A stretch of DNA of 55,608 bases, taken from Christensenella sp. UBA1782 (GTDB lineage Bacteria > Bacillota > Clostridia > Christensenellales > DTU072). The position numbers were made by a program, and so were the translations under genes. The stretch spans positions 139-55,746 of the forward strand of contig DCGI01000050.1 in assembly GCA_002315475.1 (NCBI GenBank), read 5' to 3'. The notes below the pieces were generated by a model. That model made no database searches. It saw only the letters and a list, made by a program, of their open reading frames with translations, and was not told where the DNA came from. This document shows positions 23,430 through 32,565 of the stretch, piece after piece (position 1 is the stretch's first letter; each line of letters opens with the position of its first letter).

Positions 23430-24713
23430 CTATTTTCGAATAAACGATTCCAATTCTTTTTCCGCTTTTCTGCATTTACGAAAACGTATGTTATGCACTT
23501 TTTCCCCTTTGGCAAAAACCATACTCAGGTGCCGCAAGGCGGTGATGTCTTCCAAAGGATTTTGGTCGCAAACAATCAAATCGGCGTACTTTCCGACTTC
23601 GATACTACCCGTTTCGGCATCGATGCCGGCTATTTCGGCATTCCGTTTGGTAGCCGTATACAAAGCAAAGGACGGCGTCACGCCGCAAAAAGTAACAAAA
23701 TACAGGATTTCCCGCCACATATCGTAATGGGTAATATACGGACAGCCGGTATCCGTCCCCAATCCTACGGGAATACCTTTTTCCAAACATTTTTTAGCAC
23801 AATCCACAATACCTTGAAAAACGATTTTTCCGTTATACCGACTCAGTTCCGTAGCGTGGCTGACGGCAGGATCGAAAAACGCAAACGGCAAAGACGGCGA
23901 CAACGTGGCAACGAGCGCCGCACGCCGTTCTTGAAATAAAGAAAGAATCTCTTCATCCGGCTCGGCACCGTGTTCGACGGTGTCCACGCCGTTTTGCAAG
24001 GCGATACGAACACCCTCGGGACTTTCTACGTGCGCCGCAACGATCATACCCCTTTTATGCGCCTCTTTGCACGCTTCTCGGACGTACTCGGCGGGCATCT
24101 TAACCTCTCCGGGTTCCCCCTTCACTTTGGCATCCAACACACCGCCCGTTATCATCAGTTTGATAAGGTCGGGTTTGTCCTCGGCGATTTTTTTAACGTA
24201 CAGTCTTGCTTCTTCTTTGCTTTTCGCTTCGTACGCAAGAGAACCCGCCATGTGTCCGTCGGGAACGGAAATTGCCATATTGGCGGCAAGAATGGCGGGG
24301 CCTATCGTCTTACCGCTATTTATTTCGTCTCGAATCTCGGAATCCATCGACAACAGTCCCCCCACCGTACGAATGGTGGTAACGCCGCTTTTTAATTGTG
24401 TCAAGGCATTTTGGTAACAGACTTTCTTCATGATTTTTTGTAATAAAGACAATCTATACAGCAAGCCGACCAGTTTTTTCGGATCGGATTCTTTTTTCTT
24501 AGGAAATCCGTTTGCCGGCAGATGAACGTGCAAATTGATGAGACCGGGTAAAACGTACCGTCCGTTCAAATCGATTATTTCGCAACCTTTACCGTCAAAA
24601 GGTTCGTCTTGAATCGCCACGATTTTTTTATCTTCGATCAAAATGACCTTTCCGCTTACGGGTACCATGTCTTTTTTCCCGTCTAAAAGAATTCCGTTTC
24701 TTAATGCAAGCAT
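23430..24713 (-). CDS. metal-dependent amidohydrolase-superfamily protein
   Basis: 'LPGLINLHVHLP' HxH motif and a later 'DTVEHG'. Size and layout are typical of amidohydrolase family members; substrate unknown. Confidence 0.75.
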   Translation of the reverse strand: MLALRNGILLDGKKDMVPVSGKVILIEDKKIVAIQDEPFDGKGCEIIDLNGRYVLPGLINLHVHLPANGFPKKKESDPKKLVGLLYRLSLLQKIMKKVCYQNALTQLKSGVTTIRTVGGLLSMDSEIRDEINSGKTIGPAILAANMAISVPDGHMAGSLAYEAKSKEEARLYVKKIAEDKPDLIKLMITGGVLDAKVKGEPGEVKMPAEYVREACKEAHKRGMIVAAHVESPEGVRIALQNGVDTVEHGAEPDEEILSLFQERRAALVATLSPSLPFAFFDPAVSHATELSRYNGKIVFQGIVDCAKKCLEKGIPVGLGTDTGCPYITHYDMWREILYFVTFCGVTPSFALYTATKRNAEIAGIDAETGSIEVGKYADLIVCDQNPLEDITALRHLSMVFAKGEKVHNIRFRKCRKAEKELESFIRK

Positions 24714-24819
24714 ATTTTTCCTCCGTTTTTTACAAAGAACAGTATACTGTTCTTTACTTAAACGTAGGCAAAAAAATACCTTTTTCCGAGATTTGTTTCA
24801 ATTTCTTTTTTCGAGAATA

Positions 24820-25377
24820 TCAAAAAGTTTCCGACAGGTTTTTCCCATACACCACAACGCCGAACCCTCGAAAGATCCTCCGAAATCCGCGTTTTCGATA
24901 GAAAGCGTTTCCCTTCTTGTTACCGGCTCCGCAAAGAAGATGGACGTCTTTTTTTTGTTCTCGCAAAAAAGAAAAAAGCCGCTCCGTCAAAGCCGTTCCT
25001 ATACCTTCTTTTTGGTAGGCGGGTAAAATATCTATATGTAAATGCGCAGGATACTTTGCAAAAAACCCGTGTGCCGCCATCTCCGCAAGATAGGTTATCC
25101 ACCCCCGTTTGTCCAACTGAAAAATCCGTCGCAAATAGGGTTTCATCCGCTTGCGATAGCTTCGATAATCGGTAGCGCAAAGGATATATCCGATTGGGCG
25201 ATTTTCCCCGTCGACGGCGACGAAAACCGTTTCGTTTTGATAATAGTAGTCGACGTAGCGCAAGCACAGACTTTCCCGTTTCGCCTTGCTTTCAAGCTTT
25301 TCTTCGCAAGTGTCCAAACAAATTTTCCGAAGGAATTCTTCATCGCCCCGTTGATAGTTTCTTATCTCATAATTCAT
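24820..25377 (-). CDS. GNAT-family N-acetyltransferase
   Basis: The acetyl-CoA motif region 'HIDILPAYQKEGIGTAL' and 'AFYRKRGF' are typical of GNAT. Confidence 0.8.
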   Translation of the reverse strand: MNYEIRNYQRGDEEFLRKICLDTCEEKLESKAKRESLCLRYVDYYYQNETVFVAVDGENRPIGYILCATDYRSYRKRMKPYLRRIFQLDKRGWITYLAEMAAHGFFAKYPAHLHIDILPAYQKEGIGTALTERLFSFLREQKKDVHLLCGAGNKKGNAFYRKRGFRRIFRGFGVVVYGKNLSETF

Positions 25378-25380
25378 AGT

Positions 25381-26649
25381 TTAGGATTCCTTATTGCATG
25401 TTTCGGATATAGAAACGGGATATTTCTTATATCTTCGTTGCATTACGGCAAATACGAAAATCGCCGAAAGCGGAATGATCGTGGCAAAGCAGATTCCCGC
25501 GCGGATGGCGAGTGCATCGGGCGTCAGTCCGAGGGAAAGGGCGACTTGGTTGCCTCCGTCCGACGCAAGCACGACGTCGGCAATAATGCCGACGAGTTGC
25601 GGCACGAGCGAGGCGCCCAAGTCGCCCCCCGCCGCCATCATGGCGTATAACGCCACCCCGCCTTGCGGCACTCTTTCCGACGATACGATTAAACTGCCCG
25701 GCCACAGCATAGACACGAAAAATCCCGTCAACGCACAGCCGATAAGTCCCAATACGGGGATAGGCGAAGCAAAGGCTATCACGTAGCAAACGCCGGCTCC
25801 GACGGCACCGAAAAACAAAACCTTTACGGCGTTTTTCCCGAACTTCCCGTACAGACTTCTACCCAGTCCCAGCATGGCTCCGAACAGTGCCACGCCGAAA
25901 ATATCCCCCCATATTTTTTCGATTCCGAAGGCTTGCTCGACGTAGCTCGAACACCACTGCGAAACGGTACATTCCGCCGCGCCCCCTAAAAAGATGCAAA
26001 GCACGCATAAAATCACGTCTTTGTTTTTTAACAGCGACAAAGATTTTTCCGCCTTTTTCGGCGTTTCCATTTTCGGAACGGGAGCACCGAGAAAGAGAAT
26101 CGCCGAAAGGAGCGGAAGCAAGGCAAAAAGGAAAGGTATGTAAAACCAATTTTGACTCCCCGCGAAAAACAGGAAAACCGTCGTCAGAATCACCACGAAC
26201 ACCACGCCCCACGCATAACAGGAATGTAGTTTGCTGAGCAACCGTTCGGGATTGTCGGAAGGTAAAGAAGCTATGGTGGGGCTGGTCAAAACTTCGGCAA
26301 GACCGCCCGCAATCGAAAAAACGACGGTACTGAGTGCCAGTCCCCAATACATGGTTTCTTTCGTAAAAACAAAGGGCGTCAAGCCGTACAGAATCAACCC
26401 CGCCACCATAAAAACGGGCGTCAATTTCATCGACAAGGCAAAATTAAACTTGTGCGAAAAAAAGGAAAATACCAAATCAATCAAGAGTTGTGCGGTAAAG
26501 TTTATCGCGACGAGCAGTCCCAATAAGGAGTAGGACAAACCGTATGCCTCTTTGAATATCAAAAAAAGCAAGGGAGAAAGGTTTGCCGTAATCGCCGTAG
26601 ACAAACAAGTCAAATAGCAAGCATATTTCGTTCTGTTATATTGTTTCAT
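25381..26649 (-). CDS. MFS-type transporter
   Basis: 422 aa with about 12 hydrophobic segments and a basic central loop 'PKMETPKKAEKSLSLLKNKD'. Confidence 0.7.
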   Translation of the reverse strand: MKQYNRTKYACYLTCLSTAITANLSPLLFLIFKEAYGLSYSLLGLLVAINFTAQLLIDLVFSFFSHKFNFALSMKLTPVFMVAGLILYGLTPFVFTKETMYWGLALSTVVFSIAGGLAEVLTSPTIASLPSDNPERLLSKLHSCYAWGVVFVVILTTVFLFFAGSQNWFYIPFLFALLPLLSAILFLGAPVPKMETPKKAEKSLSLLKNKDVILCVLCIFLGGAAECTVSQWCSSYVEQAFGIEKIWGDIFGVALFGAMLGLGRSLYGKFGKNAVKVLFFGAVGAGVCYVIAFASPIPVLGLIGCALTGFFVSMLWPGSLIVSSERVPQGGVALYAMMAAGGDLGASLVPQLVGIIADVVLASDGGNQVALSLGLTPDALAIRAGICFATIIPLSAIFVFAVMQRRYKKYPVSISETCNKES

Positions 26650-26665
26650 CTCTCTAAAAAATCAA

Positions 26666-26688
26666 TGCCGTCCCAAAAAGGGGCGGCA
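26666..26688 (-). terminator. terminator after GH27 gene A
   Basis: On the minus strand: TGCCGCCCC-TTTTT-GGGACGGCA followed by TTGATTTTTT. Confidence 0.5.
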
Positions 26689-26710
26689 CGATACGATACT
26701 TTCCAAAAGG

Positions 26711-28360
26711 TTATTGCAGTTTCCAAATCAAAACGCCGTGTGCAGGAACGGTTGCCGATAGTTTCGTTACGTTTTCCTGTGTCGTTTCTTCCCAAAGGTC
26801 GATTGCCGTATAGCTCTCTTTCGCCACGTCCTTAACGTATTCTTCCTTTTGCAAGTCGGCAAGGGAAAACTCGAACGGTAAAGGCTTTTTGGCTTTATTT
26901 AACACGCACAAGGCGATAGCACCGTCGGCAAGCGGACGAACCAACACGTCCAAAGCTTTCTTGGAACGAAGAATTCTCTTGGCTTGTTTGCCGAGAGCGT
27001 CTTGGTCGACGGCAATCAAATTCTTGTTTTTCAAAATGGCAAGATGTTCGGGTTTCATGTTGGTGACGTCGTTCCCCAAAAGGAGGGGAGAAGCCATCAT
27101 GCACCACAAGGCAAAGTGCGCTCTGTTTTCGTCGATGGTCAAGTCGCCGTTCCCGACTTCCAACATATCGGGATCGTTCCAGTGTCCGGGGGAAGCGTAC
27201 TTATAAAGAATAACGTTCTTTTCGTACAAGTCCATGATACTCTTCCACGTCCAACCGATGTCCCCCGTCGTACGCCACAAATTACTGATGGTATAGCCCC
27301 ATTCGTGCGGAGAAGAATTTCCCCAACAACACAACGAATAGGCTACGGGTTTTTGTCTTTCTCCTTTTTCTTCGGAAACTTTTTCCACCGCCCGAAGCAG
27401 TGCGTCGCTCATCGCGGCATACTGCAAGAAGGTACTGTCGGCGACGTTTCCGATCGGGTTAAAGATATCGATAAAGTTATTCCCTTCCGTCATGTCGACA
27501 ATCACACGAACGGGCGCAACGCGACAAGGCTTATTGAAAAAGCCGGGATCGAGTAATACTATCTTGCCTTCATTGACGCGTACGGCGGAAACCGTTTCTT
27601 TTTCGGTCGTATGAGGACAAGGATACCTTAGGTCGAGAGAAACCACGTATTTTCCTTTTTTCGGTGCTTGAAACAAGAACTTCGCAAGTCCTCTGTTGGC
27701 ATCCAGCCCTTTGATGAATTCTTTCTTGGCACCATGATTCGGATGGTGGTGACAGGCTCCCAAAACAAGCTTTGCGGTACCCGAAAGTGCGGCGTTCTTG
27801 GCGGGTATGTATTGTTCTGCATCCGTCCCGAGCGGGGTAACCGAAATGCCGAAAAGCTCCGGACCTTTTTGGGAATACATCTTATGATAGCAATAGTCGT
27901 ACTTTAAGTATTCGATACCCCAACGCACGAATTGACAAGCATCGTTGTATTCGTTTTTGAAGCTTGCGGGGAGACTTTGGCAGGTGAGCGTACCGTTACT
28001 GGAATAGATGCCGACTTTGAAACCGAGCGCATTGATCTCCTTGACGAATCCGTCCATACCCTTCGGAAACTTGACGTAGTCGCAAATGAGCTTTCCTTCT
28101 TCGTCCCGTCTGTCGGCTTCCCAATAGTCGTCTAAGTTCAAATAGGAATATCCCGCTTCCAACAGTCCGCTTTCCCGTATGGCTTCCGCCATTTTTACCA
28201 ACATTCTGTGATTGATGTTTTCCTTAAAATAGTTCCATGAGTTCCAACCCATAGGGGGCGTCATGCACAAACCGTTATAGAACGGTTCGGTGCGATACAT
28301 TTGTGTGATTTGAGCTTGCTTAAAGATCTTTTTGGGAAGTTTGCAAGAAGTACAAGTCAT
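26711..28360 (-). CDS. GH27 alpha-galactosidase / alpha-N-acetylgalactosaminidase family, with a large internal insertion (paralog A)
   Basis: 'PPMGWNSWNYF', 'YLNLDDYWE' and 'YLKYDYC' (nucleophile region), then 'YSLCCWG' and 'WNDPDMLEVGN'. No signal peptide. Confidence 0.85.
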   Translation of the reverse strand: MTCTSCKLPKKIFKQAQITQMYRTEPFYNGLCMTPPMGWNSWNYFKENINHRMLVKMAEAIRESGLLEAGYSYLNLDDYWEADRRDEEGKLICDYVKFPKGMDGFVKEINALGFKVGIYSSNGTLTCQSLPASFKNEYNDACQFVRWGIEYLKYDYCYHKMYSQKGPELFGISVTPLGTDAEQYIPAKNAALSGTAKLVLGACHHHPNHGAKKEFIKGLDANRGLAKFLFQAPKKGKYVVSLDLRYPCPHTTEKETVSAVRVNEGKIVLLDPGFFNKPCRVAPVRVIVDMTEGNNFIDIFNPIGNVADSTFLQYAAMSDALLRAVEKVSEEKGERQKPVAYSLCCWGNSSPHEWGYTISNLWRTTGDIGWTWKSIMDLYEKNVILYKYASPGHWNDPDMLEVGNGDLTIDENRAHFALWCMMASPLLLGNDVTNMKPEHLAILKNKNLIAVDQDALGKQAKRILRSKKALDVLVRPLADGAIALCVLNKAKKPLPFEFSLADLQKEEYVKDVAKESYTAIDLWEETTQENVTKLSATVPAHGVLIWKLQ

Positions 28361-28381
28361 AATTTCCTCCGTAAATTTTTT

Positions 28382-29743
28382 TTATTTAATAAATGCCGAA
28401 AAGGCTTTATAGGCTTCGTATAAGTCGGCTTTACTGATAAGCTCGTAGGGTGCGTGCATGGACAGTACGGGGACGCCTACGTCCACCGTATCGATATTTC
28501 TGTTGGCGAGGAACATAGCCACCGTTCCGCCACCGCCCAAATCCACTCTGCCGAGTTCACCCGTTTGCCATACGACGTTCTCCTCCGCAAAGATCTTGCG
28601 CAGGTACCCGACGTATTCGGCGGAAGCGTCGTTACTGCCCGACTTTCCTCTGGCTCCGGTAAACTTCGTCATTGCCACGCCGCTACCGGCATAGGAAACG
28701 TTGTTCCGTTCGAAAGCTTCCGAAAAATTCGGATCGAACGCCGAAGTCACGTCTGCCGACAGACACATACTCTTAGAGCGTACCAACGCCGAAGAAACAC
28801 CCAAATCGGCACAAAGTTTATCCAGTATATCCTGAATCAAAAAACACTGCATACCGCTGTTTCCTTCGCTGCCTATTTCCTCTTTATCGGCAAGGATAGT
28901 CAGCACCGTTTGTTCGGTTTCGGTATGCAAACTCGCCGTAATTTCGGGATAGGCGCAAACTCTGTCGTCGTGTCCGTAGCTTGCCACGAAACTTCGGTCA
29001 AAGCCGACGTCTCTCGCCTTATATGCGGGTACGACTTCTATTTCCGAACTCAAAAAGTCCTCTTCTTCCATGCCGTATTTTTCGTGCAGGAAAGCAAGAA
29101 CCTTTTTCTTCACGTTCTTCTTTTCTTCACCGGCAAGTGCCATGCTTCCTACGATTACGTTTAGGTTTTCGGCTTTGAATGCGGTGGCAACGGGTTCTTT
29201 GACAAGATCTTGAGAGAGATGCGGAAGCAAATCCGAAATATAAAAGACGGGTTCGTTTTCCTCCTCGCCGATACAAATCTTGACTTTCTCGCCGTTTTTC
29301 AAAACCACCACGCCGTGTAACGAAAGCGGAATGGTCAGCCATTGATATTTTTTTATGCCACCGTAATAGTGGGTTTTCAGATAGGCAATATCGCTTTCCT
29401 CGTAAAGGGGTACCTGCTTCAAGTCCAATCTCGGACTGTCCACGTGTGCGACCATGATGCGTATCCCGTTTTCGGCGAGGTTTTTACTGCCCACACGCAA
29501 AAGAAAAAGTCCTTTTCCGCGATTGTTGTAGTACACCTTATCGCCCGCTTGTAACTTCGTGGAAAAATCGAACGGCTTATACCCTTCCTTTTCCACCATG
29601 GCGACGGTTTCTTCCACCGTTTCCCGTTCCGTCTTTCCATGATTCAAAAAATCTTTGTAGCCTTCGGCATACGCCAGTATTTTGGACAATTTTTCGGCAT
29701 CCGCCGTTTCGAACACGTTGGTTCTCGAATACGTTAAATCCAT
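28382..29743 (-). CDS. M18-family aminopeptidase (aminopeptidase 1-like)
   Basis: Overall layout and motifs 'VAHVDSPRLD', 'YGHDDRVC', 'DKEEIGS' and 'VLSMHAPYE' are typical of M18. Confidence 0.8.
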   Translation of the reverse strand: MDLTYSRTNVFETADAEKLSKILAYAEGYKDFLNHGKTERETVEETVAMVEKEGYKPFDFSTKLQAGDKVYYNNRGKGLFLLRVGSKNLAENGIRIMVAHVDSPRLDLKQVPLYEESDIAYLKTHYYGGIKKYQWLTIPLSLHGVVVLKNGEKVKICIGEEENEPVFYISDLLPHLSQDLVKEPVATAFKAENLNVIVGSMALAGEEKKNVKKKVLAFLHEKYGMEEEDFLSSEIEVVPAYKARDVGFDRSFVASYGHDDRVCAYPEITASLHTETEQTVLTILADKEEIGSEGNSGMQCFLIQDILDKLCADLGVSSALVRSKSMCLSADVTSAFDPNFSEAFERNNVSYAGSGVAMTKFTGARGKSGSNDASAEYVGYLRKIFAEENVVWQTGELGRVDLGGGGTVAMFLANRNIDTVDVGVPVLSMHAPYELISKADLYEAYKAFSAFIK

Positions 29744-29800
29744 TGTTTCATCTCCTTATGCTAAAAGTATACCACAGCTTTTCTTTTTTTTCAAGGGGGG

Positions 29801-29828
29801 TTGAAAAATAGAAAGAATATAGTATAAT
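29801..29828 (+). promoter_or_regulatory. consensus sigma70 promoter with leaderless geometry
   Basis: TTGAAA (29801-29806), 16-nt spacer, TATAAT (29823-29828). Then 6 nt (AAGGAT) to the ATG at 29835. Confidence 0.5.
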
Positions 29829-29834
29829 AAGGAT

Positions 29835-31154
29835 ATGACGAAAAAAATAATAATTGCCGGTGCGGGACACGGCGGACTTCTTTGTGCCGTAAAACTTGCA
29901 CAACACGACTTTGACGTTTTGGTTTTGGAACGAAACGTCCCCGAAACGCTGGGACACGACTGGGAAGATCGGTTTTCCTTTCCCCTTTTGGAACGGTACT
30001 TGAACGTTTCCGAAAAAGACTTACCCGTCGGATGTTTTCGCGTGCGCGGAGACTGTACGTTTATCAGTCCCGACAAAACCGCTCATATCGACATCTTCTA
30101 CGGCGACAGACCGCAAAAAATCATGTGGCGTCAAGCTTTGATCGGATTACTCGTCGACCGAGCCGAAAAAGCCGGCGTACGATTCCTTTTCGGCGAAACC
30201 GTTTTATCCCCCGTCGTTCGGGAGAATACCGTATGCGGCGTACGTACCGATAAAGGGGAATACCTCGCCGACCTCGTCGTCGACGCCTGCGGCGTCTTCT
30301 CTCCCCTACGCACCCGTCTCCCGTCCGCCTTCGGCATCGAAGCGGAACCGAAAAGCGGGGACTTGTTTTATGCCTACCGCGCCTATTTTGACAAGACGAA
30401 AGGGGAGAAACCCACCCTGCCTTTTGAGGTATATCTTTGTCACGAAGGAGAAGCGGGGCTCTCTTGGCTCTGTACCAACGAAAACTCGGTCGACATCTTA
30501 ATCGGCAGAATCTACCCCCTTTCGCCCGAAAAAGTCCAAAAAGAATTGGATACTTTTCGCCGAGAACACGATTGGGTGGGTGAAAAAATCCTAAACGGCG
30601 GTTCTTATGCCGTCCTACCCGTCCGCAAACCTTTGCCTCTCATGGTGGCAAACGGCTACGTCGCCGTCGGTGACAGTGCCTTTATGACCACGCCGCTGAA
30701 CGGTATGGGTATCGACTTATCCATGCAGGCGGGAGAACTGTTGGCAGACACCCTTCTTGCCGCACCCGATTTTTCGGCGGCATCCCTTTGGCAATACAAT
30801 CGGCTCTACCATATTCGCTTTGCTTCCGTCCTGCAGAATCTCGGCTTGAAAAACGCCCTCCTGACCATGCCGGAAGGCTATGTGGATTTTCTCTTCAAAA
30901 ACGGCATCATCCTCGCAGCCGACCTTTCGGGAGAAGGAAAAAACAAAACGCCCGCCATTCTCTTAGGGAAGTTTATTCGAGGCATGCGGAAACCCAAAGC
31001 GTTCTTTGCCGTCCTAAAAGGTATCTTTGCGGGCGGAAAAGTGGCTTCGCTCTATGCTAAACCGCCCAAAACTTACTCCCTCCCCGCCATTCAAAAATGG
31101 GCGAAAAAAATCGCCGCATACGACGTAACGTACGGCGATTCTTTGTCCGAGTAA
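29835..31154 (+). CDS. FAD-dependent oxidoreductase (geranylgeranyl-reductase-like family)
   Basis: N-terminal dinucleotide fold 'KIIIAGAGHGGLLCAVKLAQHDFDVLVLER', and 'GDSAFMTTPLNGMG' near the C-terminal third. Confidence 0.75.
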   Translation: MTKKIIIAGAGHGGLLCAVKLAQHDFDVLVLERNVPETLGHDWEDRFSFPLLERYLNVSEKDLPVGCFRVRGDCTFISPDKTAHIDIFYGDRPQKIMWRQALIGLLVDRAEKAGVRFLFGETVLSPVVRENTVCGVRTDKGEYLADLVVDACGVFSPLRTRLPSAFGIEAEPKSGDLFYAYRAYFDKTKGEKPTLPFEVYLCHEGEAGLSWLCTNENSVDILIGRIYPLSPEKVQKELDTFRREHDWVGEKILNGGSYAVLPVRKPLPLMVANGYVAVGDSAFMTTPLNGMGIDLSMQAGELLADTLLAAPDFSAASLWQYNRLYHIRFASVLQNLGLKNALLTMPEGYVDFLFKNGIILAADLSGEGKNKTPAILLGKFIRGMRKPKAFFAVLKGIFAGGKVASLYAKPPKTYSLPAIQKWAKKIAAYDVTYGDSLSE

Positions 31155-31227
31155 AGATTGGAGAATCGTTTCCTCTTTCGGTATACGGATGAAACCGAGA
31201 AAAACGAAAAAGCGGATTTTGCGAAAA

Positions 31228-31704
31228 TCATTTTTCTTGTATTTGTTTTCCGCTCCAATGTTCTATTTCTATTTCAAACATTTGAACGGCTTTGCCCGAA
31301 CGAGCGATTTCTTCTTGAACCGATCGTTCGTTCGGATAGTATTTTCGAGCGAACTTTTCGATAAATTCCCTACGAACTTCTTGATTCTCTATCAATCGGC
31401 ACTTTCCGAAAACGACAACGCTCTGCACGTACGGTGCCCACGATTCCCCTTGTACGGATTCGTTTCCGAATACCGTAAAGCAAACTTTATCGCATTTTCG
31501 GATTGCGTCGACTTTATACCCGATGCGAGCACCATGAAAATAAATTTTTTCCGTTTCTTCACAAAACCAATAGTTTATCGGAACCGCATACGGATACCCG
31601 TTTTCCCCGTTTACCGAAAGTACTCCTCTCCGTTCCCGCACAAGTAACCGTTTTACTTCCTCTAAGCCGATTTCATTTTTCTTCTTTCTGATTTCCCGAA
31701 ACAT
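31228..31704 (-). CDS. pyridoxamine 5'-phosphate oxidase-like FMN-binding split-barrel protein
   Basis: 'RRGVLSVNGENGYPYAVPINYWF...IYFHGA' is typical of the PNPOx-like family. Start moved to the ATG at 31704 (GGAAGGA upstream); the longer ORF-track start overlaps the upstream gene. Confidence 0.7.
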   Translation of the reverse strand: MFREIRKKKNEIGLEEVKRLLVRERRGVLSVNGENGYPYAVPINYWFCEETEKIYFHGARIGYKVDAIRKCDKVCFTVFGNESVQGESWAPYVQSVVVFGKCRLIENQEVRREFIEKFARKYYPNERSVQEEIARSGKAVQMFEIEIEHWSGKQIQEK

Positions 31705-31724
31705 CGTTTTTCCTTCCGCCGTTT

Positions 31725-32483
31725 TCAAAGTTTCTTTCCCGTTTCTTCCAAGTAGTACCGACGTTTTCCACGAGAACGAAGCCCGTACTCGATGGCTTTT
31801 TGCGGACAAGTACAGATGCACGCCTGACATTGGGTGCAGTTTCCGTTCCACGTCGGCTGACCGTTTTGCATTTTGATATTGGCAAGAGGGCAGACTCTTT
31901 CGCATTTTCCGCAACCCGTACAGGATTTTTTCACAAAGAATTTTTTATCGTTTGTCAACACTTTATAAAAAAACGGATTGCTTGCCTTTACGACAAAACC
32001 AAAAGGCTCCGTACGAGCGATTTTTTCGCCTTTTTGGATTGTCTCCGCTATTTTATCCATCTTCTTTTCACCGCTTCGGATGATTTTTTCGGCAAGAAAT
32101 TGCGGGGGTGCCATAAAAAGCGTAATATAGTTTTCCGGCATAATGATTTTTCTTACACCCATAAAGACCAAACCCTTTTCGTCGCAAAGGCGTTTCAACA
32201 GTATCGTCGAACCGATTTGGTCGTTACTGATTCCGCACGTCATCACAAAGTAGCAAGGTTTGTGCGGTACGAACTTCCCCTGCCGAATAAAGTTTTCCAA
32301 CGCCTTCGGGATATAACTTGCGTACGTCGGGCAAACGAAAACGAGCGGAGAATCCGTCGTGTCCTCGTAGGTTTCTCCCGTCCTGATATAATGAGCGGAA
32401 TTCGTAAACGTATCCCGTAACGCACCGGCAAGCCGAATAGCCAAATGCCGACTGTTGCCCGTACCCGAAAAATAGATGACCAT
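31725..32483 (-). CDS. flavodoxin-like domain fused to a 2x[4Fe-4S] ferredoxin domain (EFR1-like)
   Basis: 'MVIYFSGTGNS' flavodoxin-like start and C-terminal 'CTGCGKCERVCP...CTQCQACICTCP'. The ATG at 32483 lies 6 nt after GGAGG. Confidence 0.75.
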   Translation of the reverse strand: MVIYFSGTGNSRHLAIRLAGALRDTFTNSAHYIRTGETYEDTTDSPLVFVCPTYASYIPKALENFIRQGKFVPHKPCYFVMTCGISNDQIGSTILLKRLCDEKGLVFMGVRKIIMPENYITLFMAPPQFLAEKIIRSGEKKMDKIAETIQKGEKIARTEPFGFVVKASNPFFYKVLTNDKKFFVKKSCTGCGKCERVCPLANIKMQNGQPTWNGNCTQCQACICTCPQKAIEYGLRSRGKRRYYLEETGKKL

Positions 32484-32507
32484 AAAAAACCTCCTTTTTT
32501 TCAAAAA

Positions 32508-32531
32508 AGCCCGACCGCAAACGGTCGGGCT
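32508..32531 (-). terminator. terminator after the FNR-like reductase gene
   Basis: On the minus strand: AGCCCGACCG-TTTG-CGGTCGGGCT followed by TTTTTTG. Confidence 0.7.
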
Positions 32532-32565
32532 TTCGTATTGTTTTTTTTACAAAGCGTACAATCCG

